From Pseudomonadota bacterium (GTDB lineage Bacteria; Bdellovibrionota_B; Oligoflexia; Oligoflexales; RGVZ01): a stretch of DNA of 37,131 bases. A program made the translations under genes and the position numbers. The notes under the pieces are model-generated. The model had not been told where the DNA came from and made no database searches. It worked only from the letters and a program-made list of their open reading frames with translations. The DNA is taken from contig JBEGVZ010000090.1 of NCBI GenBank assembly GCA_041178085.1, forward strand, positions 1 to 37,131, given 5' to 3'. The stretch's first letter is position 1. Each line of letters begins with the position of its first letter. Positions 22,814 through 30,973 of the stretch are shown here, piece by piece.

Positions 22814-23641
22814 TCAGGGGTGACTCAAGATTTTTTTGAATTGGGCCCGCAGGTTGCGGCTGCTGAGTTCCAGCAGCTCCCGCCCGGTTTCTCCCTTACC
22901 CCGCAGGCGGGCAAGTTCCTCTGCGACCTGGAAGATCACCGTCGGGTCGAGCTGGTCCCGGCCCCGTTTTGGGGCGGGAAGAGCCCCGGTGGGCGCGTCC
23001 GACTCGATGGCAAGGAGGTGGTCAGGGATGTTGGCCAGGTAAGGGCGGTTCTTTGAGGCAAGGCCCGCCGGGCAAACCGACATCAGGAAGCCCATGCGTG
23101 ATAACTGCTTGATGATGCTCTTGTCGCCAGAGAAAGCGTGGACCATACCAGGTGGTCCAGCGTATCCCGACATGATCTTGATTGCGCCGCCCCATGCCCG
23201 GACGATGTGAAGCACTGGCGGTATGGCCCTCGCCGCGGCCAGCTCCAGCTGCCTCTTGAACCATATGGCTTGGTGCTCGCGTTCGGACGGTGTCCTGGCC
23301 AACGCGTGATCAAGGCCGGTCTCGCCGATTCCGGCCGGCACAGGCATGCCAGGCGATATTCCTTCCGGGAAAGTCATGCGCTCCAATCGTTCGTATGCCG
23401 CTTCGCATTCTTTTTCCGTTGCATTGTGAACGAACCAGGGATGGAGGCCAAAGCTCATGTGCACGTTCGCCGCGTGCGTGCGTTTCAATTCAATCTGGGC
23501 TTGCCAGTCATCCGGGTCGTACCCGCCGATGAAGAGCTCATCGATGCCAGCGGACTTCAGGCGAAGGATCAACGCTTCCGCGGCGTCTGCATCCTGTGGC
23601 AAATGGCAATGGCTGTCGGTGATGGGTATCAATGGTTTCAC
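22814..23641 (-). CDS. TatD family hydrolase
   Basis: DSHCH, GLHPW, IGETGLD, VLH, VHAFSG and ESDAP. GTG 23641 overlaps the upstream TGA (GTGA). Confidence 0.9.
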   Translation of the reverse strand: MKPLIPITDSHCHLPQDADAAEALILRLKSAGIDELFIGGYDPDDWQAQIELKRTHAANVHMSFGLHPWFVHNATEKECEAAYERLERMTFPEGISPGMPVPAGIGETGLDHALARTPSEREHQAIWFKRQLELAAARAIPPVLHIVRAWGGAIKIMSGYAGPPGMVHAFSGDKSIIKQLSRMGFLMSVCPAGLASKNRPYLANIPDHLLAIESDAPTGALPAPKRGRDQLDPTVIFQVAEELARLRGKGETGRELLELSSRNLRAQFKKILSHP

Positions 23642-24687
23642 GCTACGGCGGCTTTGAAAGACTTGGTCAGGCAACTGTGGACAATTGCCTCAATCAAATC
23701 ATCGTAGGCCAGTCCCGCTGCCATCGCCGCCGCAGCGAAGTCGTCTCCCCGGCGGATGGACGGATTTGGGTTTGCTTCGATGAATACGGGTTCGCCATCC
23801 TCGCGCAGGCGAAGATCAAGCCGTGCGTATCCCGACAGGCCCAGCGCAAAAAAAGATTCCCGCGCCACAGAATCAAGTCTTTCCAACACAGCTTTTTCCA
23901 GTTTTTTTGCACGTCCGCTGTCGATGCGGTGCTTCTTCCGGTATTTGTTGTCCCATTTTGCCTTCCAGGTCACGAACCCCGGTCCACTGCCCTTGAACAA
24001 TTCCCGGGGCGGCAGGACCTTCACGTCCTTGCTTCCCGGGAGTTCAACCATGCCCAGGTATATTTCGCGGCCGCTGATAAACTCCTCGACAATCACGCCG
24101 CTCGCAAAACGCTTTTGCAGGTTCGCGACACGCTGGGCACATACTTTCTGGTCCTTGACGACCGAAGCCTGGCTGATGCCTTCGCTACTGTCACGGTCAA
24201 GTGGTTTGCAGATGGCAGGCCATGGCATGGCTGCGAGTTGTGAGGCAGTCAGTTTGCCGGATCTTTCATTGCGTGGCGGGATCACCGCGAAGCGTGGCAC
24301 GGTGATTCCGTGGAATGCGACGATCTTCTTGGACAGGGCTTTGTCCTTGCACAAGTTGAGCGCTTCTGCGCTTGCGCCCGTGTGCGGTATGCCGAGCATT
24401 TCAAGAACAGACATCACGTCGGCTTCATGCTTGCGTTTGCTTTGGAAGGATTCGCACATGTTGAAAACGCAGTCCGGGCGCATCTTACCCAGCTTGTCGA
24501 GCAGCATGCCAAGGTCGTCGTGGATGCCGAACGGTTCCACAAAGTGGCCTTTGCGCCGCAGCGCCTTCATGACGTGGCGCTCGTCGCGGAACTCGTCACC
24601 GGTCATGAACCAACGTTCATGGCCAGGCCGATTGTCTGGCGCACATGCCAGATCGTACAAAAGAAGTATTTTCAGCTTGTGACGCAA
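23638..24687 (-). CDS. D-Ala-D-Ala-ligase-like ATP-grasp peptide ligase (non-canonical)
   Basis: PDCVFNMCE, GIPHTG, DKALSK, KPLDRDSSEGI, VEEFISGRE, YARLDLRL and IEANPNP. Lacks the Ddl N-terminal GGxSxEH motif. Confidence 0.88.
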   Translation of the reverse strand: MRHKLKILLLYDLACAPDNRPGHERWFMTGDEFRDERHVMKALRRKGHFVEPFGIHDDLGMLLDKLGKMRPDCVFNMCESFQSKRKHEADVMSVLEMLGIPHTGASAEALNLCKDKALSKKIVAFHGITVPRFAVIPPRNERSGKLTASQLAAMPWPAICKPLDRDSSEGISQASVVKDQKVCAQRVANLQKRFASGVIVEEFISGREIYLGMVELPGSKDVKVLPPRELFKGSGPGFVTWKAKWDNKYRKKHRIDSGRAKKLEKAVLERLDSVARESFFALGLSGYARLDLRLREDGEPVFIEANPNPSIRRGDDFAAAAMAAGLAYDDLIEAIVHSCLTKSFKAAVA

Positions 24688-24740
24688 AAGTTTACCCCTC
24701 TAAAGGGGTGTATCGCCCGTCCCGGCGAAAAATTTAGGAT

Positions 24741-25550
24741 TCAGGCCTCCAGCAACTTGCTTTGGAGTCGCTCCCAGCGGGCTTCTCGCAGCATCCGTAG
24801 CTGGTAGTAACGTCCAAGGGTCATGCGCATGCGGCGCGCGTCACAGGTGCGCAGGATGGCGGTTTCCCTTGGTTTTTGGCGTCCATGGCGGCGGATAAGG
24901 GCTTGGACAAATCGCAACTTTCGCAGGATTTGCGGGCGGTCATGGTACCGGTATTGCCAGTCCATGCCCGGGGTGATCGAAACCGCAAAGGTTTCCGCGA
25001 AGTCTTCATCTGGGTGCGACTGGGCATAAAAACCGGGTAGATGGGTTACATGCTCAAGGCTTCGCGCGTCCGGTAAATAAACTTCAGGCAGGTAGATCCT
25101 GGACGAGTTGCCGAAAATTTTTCGCCAGCGGAAATCGCGTGCGATCTTGTAAGCGTGATCAAAGCAGTGACCAGCCTCATGACGAATGAGCTTCCTGATG
25201 CTTGCCGGGGTGCCACCTTCAATAGCTCCCGCCATGATCATCTCGATTTCTCGCAAGTCCGGATGAGCAAGGTAAAACGGAATTGAGATTGCCGGCACTC
25301 CACCGGGACTGAACCATTCATCACCCAGGTAGACGTCAGGGCGCAAATGCCTGAGTCCTGCATCATGAAGGTCCTCGAAAACGCCTGCGAGAGGTCGCTG
25401 GATCCAGGGGGCCTCCGTCGAGAGTTCGAGGCGTTCGACGAGGTCACAAATCCTTTGCCCCAGCAAACGTCGAAGGCCGAACGGCATGCTGGCGATTCTG
25501 TTACGGACTGTGGTTTTAAGGCTCAAAGCGTCACTTCCCCGCAGGTTCAC
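24741..25550 (-). CDS. Putative zinc-binding metallopeptidase (zincin HExxH)
   Basis: DEWFSP, IPFYLAHP, RHEAGH and YAQSHPDEDFAETF. Confidence 0.87.
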   Translation of the reverse strand: MNLRGSDALSLKTTVRNRIASMPFGLRRLLGQRICDLVERLELSTEAPWIQRPLAGVFEDLHDAGLRHLRPDVYLGDEWFSPGGVPAISIPFYLAHPDLREIEMIMAGAIEGGTPASIRKLIRHEAGHCFDHAYKIARDFRWRKIFGNSSRIYLPEVYLPDARSLEHVTHLPGFYAQSHPDEDFAETFAVSITPGMDWQYRYHDRPQILRKLRFVQALIRRHGRQKPRETAILRTCDARRMRMTLGRYYQLRMLREARWERLQSKLLEA

Positions 25551-25559
25551 GGGGAGTCT

Positions 25560-27236
25560 CTACACCTGCAAAGCCATGTCCCTCAAGGGACTTATTAAGT
25601 CATCCAGCAGCACGGGCGGCTTGTACTGTTCGGGGCTGGCTCCAGGCGAGCGCTGCAAGTGGAGCGCTCGCATCCGGTCAAGGGTTCCTGGGGGCAGGCA
25701 GGCGAATTCCGGCGGGCCCAGACGCCCTGAACGACGCTTTGCGTCGTATTCACAATTCAGCTGTGCCAGCTCGGAATCCAGCGCCTGGACGAACCCTTGC
25801 CAGTCTTGTTCACGTGGGTTTTCCGAATAGAGCCGGTATGAGGGGAGGGGCTGGTCACGCATGGCAACCAGGGTCATGAATCGGGTCGTACCGGCCAAGT
25901 CCGGAAACGTGCCGGCCAGACGCGACAGGGCTTGGCTGACCTGGGCAGCGCACAGTTTCTCGCCGGTGATGTTGCTGAAGTGGCTACTTTTCCTGACGAA
26001 GCGAATCACCGGTGCTGTCCCGGCGTAACCCCGGCATTCGACGATGTCGTGCATGTCGTAACGGATAAGGCCGCCCATGGTCGTCACCACCAGGCGGTAG
26101 CTTTCGCCGGGAATCAGGTCCCTGGAGTCGATGACTTCGCCGCCGTCCGGGGGAGTGAACTCGTACCAGGCCACCCGCGGATCAAGCACTCCGTCTGGCG
26201 TGTTGTCATGGAACGGTATCGTGAACCTGCCTTCAGAGGCGACCAGTCCATAGTCCCGCCACGGCACGTGACCCAGGGCCGGACGAAGAGCCTGGCCGTA
26301 TTGGGCCAGCGTTCCGCCCATCCATGTCGCTACCACCTTCAGGTCGGGCCAAATGGCTGCTGCGGAAAGCTTGCCGTCCTTTGCAAGAATGGCGTCCAGT
26401 CGCCTTGCACTGGAGCGTTCCCGGCGGGTCAAGCGTCCCTGGAGTCCCGGGGGCGTTGAAGCGGTTCCCGCAAAAAAACTGCCGTTGAACAAGTCGCGGA
26501 CCAGGTCGAAGGAATGCGCTTCCAAGAGTTGCATCATCATCAACAGGGTGGACGGATTGGCCGCCATCAGCATTCCGATATGTCGGTTGGCGACGGTCAG
26601 GCGCAGCAAAGCCTTGAGTTTGAGCGTAAAGGGTTCGATTCCCTGGGCTTCGGATGGAGCCGCATAGAGGGTTTTGAAGCTCCGTGGCTGCATGTCCCAC
26701 GTGGCAAGACCGCTCATGGACTGCTTTGTCGCGGACGAAACCGGCAGGACATCAAGAAACGCCGCATCGCGGTGATCCGCAAACAGTTGCAGTCCCCACG
26801 ACTGCCAGCCGTTTGCCTCGGCCGCGAAAGACTGCGGCGTCACCGGAATCAGCTTGGGCAATCCTGTGGTCCCGCTGGTGGTGACAAAACGACACAGGTC
26901 GGGCGTGACCCCGGAATCGGAACCGAACAGTGCACGGGCGTCACCAGTGCGGAAGCGTTCGATCCAAGGTCGTAGATATTCATAATCACAGACGGGGAAG
27001 GCTTTGCGCAGGGTGCCTGCTGGTCCGTCATTAAAATGGTGACTTCCGGCCTGAAGTCCGTGGGCGAGTGCAAAGGCACTGCCCGAGGTCATGCCCAGGA
27101 TTTGCCCCAAAGTCTGCTTCTGTACTTCAGAAAAACCCTCAATCACCCGGCGAAATTCGCGCAGGCGGGGCTGCTTCAAGGCCAGTAGCAGGCTTCCTAT
27201 GGGGCGCCGGTAAAACATGATCCCTGATGTTTTCAT
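25560..27236 (-). CDS. GH3 family acyl acid-amido synthetase
   Basis: DYEYLRPWIE, TTSGTTGLPKLIP, YGLVASEG, YRLVVTTMGGLIRYDMHD, NITGEKL and QYKPP. Confidence 0.92.
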   Translation of the reverse strand: MKTSGIMFYRRPIGSLLLALKQPRLREFRRVIEGFSEVQKQTLGQILGMTSGSAFALAHGLQAGSHHFNDGPAGTLRKAFPVCDYEYLRPWIERFRTGDARALFGSDSGVTPDLCRFVTTSGTTGLPKLIPVTPQSFAAEANGWQSWGLQLFADHRDAAFLDVLPVSSATKQSMSGLATWDMQPRSFKTLYAAPSEAQGIEPFTLKLKALLRLTVANRHIGMLMAANPSTLLMMMQLLEAHSFDLVRDLFNGSFFAGTASTPPGLQGRLTRRERSSARRLDAILAKDGKLSAAAIWPDLKVVATWMGGTLAQYGQALRPALGHVPWRDYGLVASEGRFTIPFHDNTPDGVLDPRVAWYEFTPPDGGEVIDSRDLIPGESYRLVVTTMGGLIRYDMHDIVECRGYAGTAPVIRFVRKSSHFSNITGEKLCAAQVSQALSRLAGTFPDLAGTTRFMTLVAMRDQPLPSYRLYSENPREQDWQGFVQALDSELAQLNCEYDAKRRSGRLGPPEFACLPPGTLDRMRALHLQRSPGASPEQYKPPVLLDDLISPLRDMALQV

Positions 27237-27274
27237 GTTCGTTGTGGGAAGTAAATTCAGCGGGCCTGCCGTGG

Positions 27275-27360
27275 ATTTTATTAAGTCGCCGCAAATATTA
27301 ATATTTTTATAATTTTTAACAATTGATAAAAATCACAAAATATATTAATAAAATTATGTC
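27275..27360. promoter_or_regulatory. AT-rich divergent control region with a Crp/Fnr-like box
   Basis: Palindrome AAATATTAATATTT (27293-27306); TTGAT-AAAA-ATCAC (27323-27336); inverted pair ATTTTATTAA (27275-27284) and TTAATAAAAT (27345-27354). Confidence 0.6.
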
Positions 27361-27373
27361 TTGTGGGGGTTTT

Positions 27374-28861
27374 ATGAAGTTGTCTACACATCGTTCGACT
27401 CTCAGAAACCTGATCCTGGCCGCTGGCAGCGGGACTTTGCTGCTGGCTGGCGCTTGCGGAAAAAATTCCAGTGAAATTGGGGATTTGCGACGAAACCTGG
27501 GCAACATGCTGGGCTTGGTCGACGAAATTCCAGCCCGCGAAGCGTTCCTGATGATCTCGAAGGAAGCCCTCCTTCATATCATTTCAACGTCTATTGATGA
27601 GACCCACGACGTATCGGATAGCGTTGCAGGCGTCAGCGTCACCGCGACCGGCCGTACCACCGGTAAAGTCGGGATCAACATGATTCCCGACGAAACCCAG
27701 GCCCGTTTTGACGCGATCATCGACCTGTCTACGCATCTGGAAATTGCTGGGCAGCACCGGCCCCAATCAGACATCGAAATCAATATCGTCGCCGTCGCCA
27801 ACTCAACGTCGCGGACCACAAAGTCATTTTCTGTCAATTTGGAGCGGGCCAAGGGTTTTGACCCCCAGGTTACCGCCGACACAACGCTGGAAGTCACCGG
27901 CCTGGAAGTCAACGCCAGTGGCTGGTTCGCAGGGATGAAGCGTCGTCGTGCGATGGAGCAGACTCAAGCCACGATCGCCCGCGAGCTGCCGACTCAGCGC
28001 GCGAACCTTGAAGACCGGATCGCCGGCGAGATCAAGAGCGCCGTGAACGAACGCGCGGGCCAGTTTCTCCTCAATTTCAACGCGACTTTGGTCAAGACCT
28101 TCCGCGAGTGGTTTTCGGACACAGGTTACTTGCCGGGGAAGCAGGTTTTCCAGACGACCGGGGACGCCCTCTGGTTCAGCGCCGTACCGGACTCCCAGAT
28201 CAACGGGCCTGAACTCGGCTTCAAGGCGCCGCGTCGGGACGAAGGGTTCGTTGGCGACAAGATTTCTCCGCTGATGCTCGGTATTTCCGAGAACGCGATG
28301 GAGCATGCCGTGGAAAAGGCGCTTGGTGGCAAGACGATGCCGCTGGCTGCGGTCTCCCAGGCCCTGGTGGCTGCTGGTGCCCTGGCGCCGCCCTCCCTGT
28401 GGTCGACGATCCAGTACTCGAACATCATGGCGACATTTCCCGCCAACAAGCCGGTGCGCCTCAAATTCCGCGACGGCAAACTGCACGTCACCGTTCATTT
28501 TGAGGCGATCCGCCAAGGGGCCATTGGCCAGGCTCCATCGGCGTTGGAGTTGACATACGAGCCGCGTCTGGCGGACGATCGAAACATCGAGTTTGTCCGG
28601 GTCGGTGAGGCCAGAGTGGTCGGTGGTCCGGCCTCGCCAGAAGCCAACTTCCTTTTGTCCCTGGTCCAGACAACGATCAATCCGGGTTTGCACGGGAAAT
28701 TCCTGTTGCCGTTCCCGGACCTGTCCGGGGTTATCCCGGCGCTCAAGGAACTGCGACTTGATTTTGTTCGCATCGAAGACGGATGGATTCGCCTTGGAGC
28801 CAGCTTCGACGCCATCAAGAACGCCGGTAACACGCCGGCTGACATGCCTTCACGGGGCTGA
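27374..28861 (+). CDS. Large beta-rich lipoprotein of unknown function
   Basis: GGGGG before ATG 27374; LLLAGAC lipobox; long beta-strand-like segments. Confidence 0.8.
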   Translation: MKLSTHRSTLRNLILAAGSGTLLLAGACGKNSSEIGDLRRNLGNMLGLVDEIPAREAFLMISKEALLHIISTSIDETHDVSDSVAGVSVTATGRTTGKVGINMIPDETQARFDAIIDLSTHLEIAGQHRPQSDIEINIVAVANSTSRTTKSFSVNLERAKGFDPQVTADTTLEVTGLEVNASGWFAGMKRRRAMEQTQATIARELPTQRANLEDRIAGEIKSAVNERAGQFLLNFNATLVKTFREWFSDTGYLPGKQVFQTTGDALWFSAVPDSQINGPELGFKAPRRDEGFVGDKISPLMLGISENAMEHAVEKALGGKTMPLAAVSQALVAAGALAPPSLWSTIQYSNIMATFPANKPVRLKFRDGKLHVTVHFEAIRQGAIGQAPSALELTYEPRLADDRNIEFVRVGEARVVGGPASPEANFLLSLVQTTINPGLHGKFLLPFPDLSGVIPALKELRLDFVRIEDGWIRLGASFDAIKNAGNTPADMPSRG

Positions 28862-29597
28862 AAGTCACAGCCGCTGGTTTGATCCCTTTGCCCGGCAAGC
28901 GCGGGCCTCCGGCATCTGGAGTGACGTCCTCGCACCTGACCGTAACGGTTGGCGCGGGGACGTTGTGTCTGTGGAAGATGCGTTGCTGTGGGTACGCCAG
29001 GCGCTTGCCTTGTCATCTGCGCAGTTGACCCAGTGTGGGAACGGAAGTCTGGAGCGACGTCCCCACGATGTGGTGGCGACCTCCTGGGGTGGACTAGCTG
29101 CCCTCGCATCGTTGTGCACTGACAACGCGGCTCCCTGGGCTTCGGTTGGCTCGCTTCATCTTGTCGCACCAGGGATTTTCACTTCACGCGGGTTACTCGG
29201 CCGCATTGCCAGCAAGGCATTGTTCGACACGCTGAGAGGCCGCGGTGCCTTTTCTGGGAAATTTGATCTTGCCATCCGTCCTGCGGATTTTGTTGCGAGT
29301 GATGAATTGCTGGCGTGGGTAGCAAATGACCCTGCGCGTAACCAGTTCGTCTCGGCGCGCTTCCTGCGAACAACGGCTGGCCTGAAAAAACTGGTCAGGG
29401 AACGAGTTGGCGTTTCGCTTTCCATACCGGTTTATTTGCACCTGCCAGAGTCAGACCCGGTGATCAACCTCGGGCGTACCGAGGAATTTCTTGGTCCGGT
29501 TGTCCGGCAGGTTTTTCGTTACCCGTCTGCAGTCCACGCGCTGGTATTGCAGCATCCAGAGCTGCTCAGCCGTAACATTGCCGCGGTGGTGGCATGA
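28758..29597 (+). CDS. Alpha/beta hydrolase, lysophospholipase/monoglyceride-lipase-like
   Basis: CLHGAESHSRWF, PDRNGWRGD, nucleophile elbow ATSWGG, LVAPG, ESDPVI and AVHAL. Start placed at TTG 28758 (AAGGA 8 nt upstream), uncertain. Confidence 0.8.
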   Translation: MILFASKTDGFALEPASTPSRTPVTRRLTCLHGAESHSRWFDPFARQARASGIWSDVLAPDRNGWRGDVVSVEDALLWVRQALALSSAQLTQCGNGSLERRPHDVVATSWGGLAALASLCTDNAAPWASVGSLHLVAPGIFTSRGLLGRIASKALFDTLRGRGAFSGKFDLAIRPADFVASDELLAWVANDPARNQFVSARFLRTTAGLKKLVRERVGVSLSIPVYLHLPESDPVINLGRTEEFLGPVVRQVFRYPSAVHALVLQHPELLSRNIAAVVA

Positions 29598-30973
29598 ACA
29601 TTCGTACGTGTGCGTCAGGCAAGACACCAACGTTTGCGGCCGAATTTTTCGTGCATCGAAGTGCTTTTCGCTTTGCTGTGCGGCATGCACAGGCCACGCG
29701 TATGGCGAATGATGTCCTCACGATACGCATTTCCGGAGTGTCGCCCCTGGAAGATGGCAGGGCGGAATCCGGTATCGGGGAGTCCCTCACCCGTGCGTAC
29801 GTGACTGGTGAAAATGTGTCGATCACAGTTGCCGCCGAAATCTTTCGCCAGCTTGCCGTGCCAGTCATGGCGTCGGCGGCGGATTTATCCCGGGCGATTT
29901 CGTTGCTCCTTGATGCGAACGAGCAGGCATCTGTGCGGGGAGCCATTGCCTTATGGAGTGGCTTTGACATTGCGCTGGTCGACTGGCTTTCGCGGATCCA
30001 TCGCCTGCCCGTCAGCCAACTGATCAAGCAAATTGAGGCTTCTGCATGTGCACGGACCGGTATGACAATGACGGTAGCGTCGGTGCCCATTGAATCCTCG
30101 GCGCGTGTTGTGGTCCGGGCAACAATTCCGATGCTTAAGCCATGGCAAGCGGGTTTGCTGGCGCGTTTGTATCGCCTGGCCGGCTTCCGGCACCTCAAAG
30201 TCAAGGTGGGTGACGGGGACAGTCTGTCGCGGATCCATTCCGTTGCCTGCACGATGCCTGCGGATCTGACGCTCGACGCGAATCGTGCCTATGCGCCGGA
30301 ACATGCCTTGCATTTGATTTCGGCATATCGGGATTTCCCCGATTTTTCGTCCACCAACCAGCCTGCGATTGTCGCCTTCGAGGATCCTGTATCGACCCTT
30401 ACAGGACCTGCCGCGGTGGAATTGATGGAGGATTTTGCTGGAAAGTCCATGATTCCTGTCATGGTTGATGAACCGCTCTCGGATATATTTTCCTGCCGTG
30501 ATTTCGCGCAGTCCCGGAAGATTCGCTTTTGGAATCTGAGGGTCGGCAAGTGCGGTGGGATCACAGGGACGATTATGGCGGCCACCTTGGCAAGGGCCAA
30601 CGGCATCGATGTCGTTATGGGAGCTTTGGTTGGCGAAGGCGCGCCTCTGACGCGTGCGGCCCGGCTATTGCTTCCTGTCGTGCGACCGGTCTGGGCGGAC
30701 GCGGCTTTTTCAGGATGGATACTCCGCGGCAGCGTCTATGCCGCGTGGCTGAAATGGCCTGGACGGGTAGCCGGATTCGGCCTGCGTTTGCGGGAGAGCT
30801 CGATCCGCAGATCAATGCTGGCTTACGGTGCGATGCGTTGCATCGCTTCTGCGAAAGCTTCGCTTGATCCACCCCATGACATGCGAACTTTGCGGGATCC
30901 TGCTGGTCCAAAAGGTTCCCCGGGCATCATGACAACCCGCGCTTTTGCAAGGCTCGACGAAGCAAATTCATAG
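29594..30973 (+). CDS. Enolase superfamily enzyme, MLE/dipeptide-epimerase-like
   Basis: GIGE..RAYVTGE, KVKVG, LDAN, FEDP, VDE, NLRVGKCGG and GALVGE; ATGA overlap with the hydrolase. Confidence 0.85.
   Translation: MNIRTCASGKTPTFAAEFFVHRSAFRFAVRHAQATRMANDVLTIRISGVSPLEDGRAESGIGESLTRAYVTGENVSITVAAEIFRQLAVPVMASAADLSRAISLLLDANEQASVRGAIALWSGFDIALVDWLSRIHRLPVSQLIKQIEASACARTGMTMTVASVPIESSARVVVRATIPMLKPWQAGLLARLYRLAGFRHLKVKVGDGDSLSRIHSVACTMPADLTLDANRAYAPEHALHLISAYRDFPDFSSTNQPAIVAFEDPVSTLTGPAAVELMEDFAGKSMIPVMVDEPLSDIFSCRDFAQSRKIRFWNLRVGKCGGITGTIMAATLARANGIDVVMGALVGEGAPLTRAARLLLPVVRPVWADAAFSGWILRGSVYAAWLKWPGRVAGFGLRLRESSIRRSMLAYGAMRCIASAKASLDPPHDMRTLRDPAGPKGSPGIMTTRAFARLDEANS

Noticed and set aside
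21933..23641. ThiF plus TatD as an anti-phage or ubiquitin-like system
   Set aside because: The ThiF protein has TcdA-specific motifs, and there is no E2, JAB, Ubl or QueC partner nearby.
23638..24687. Assigning the symbol ddl or a vancomycin-resistance ligase
   Set aside because: It lacks the canonical Ddl N-terminal and omega-loop motifs and has no mur or van context.
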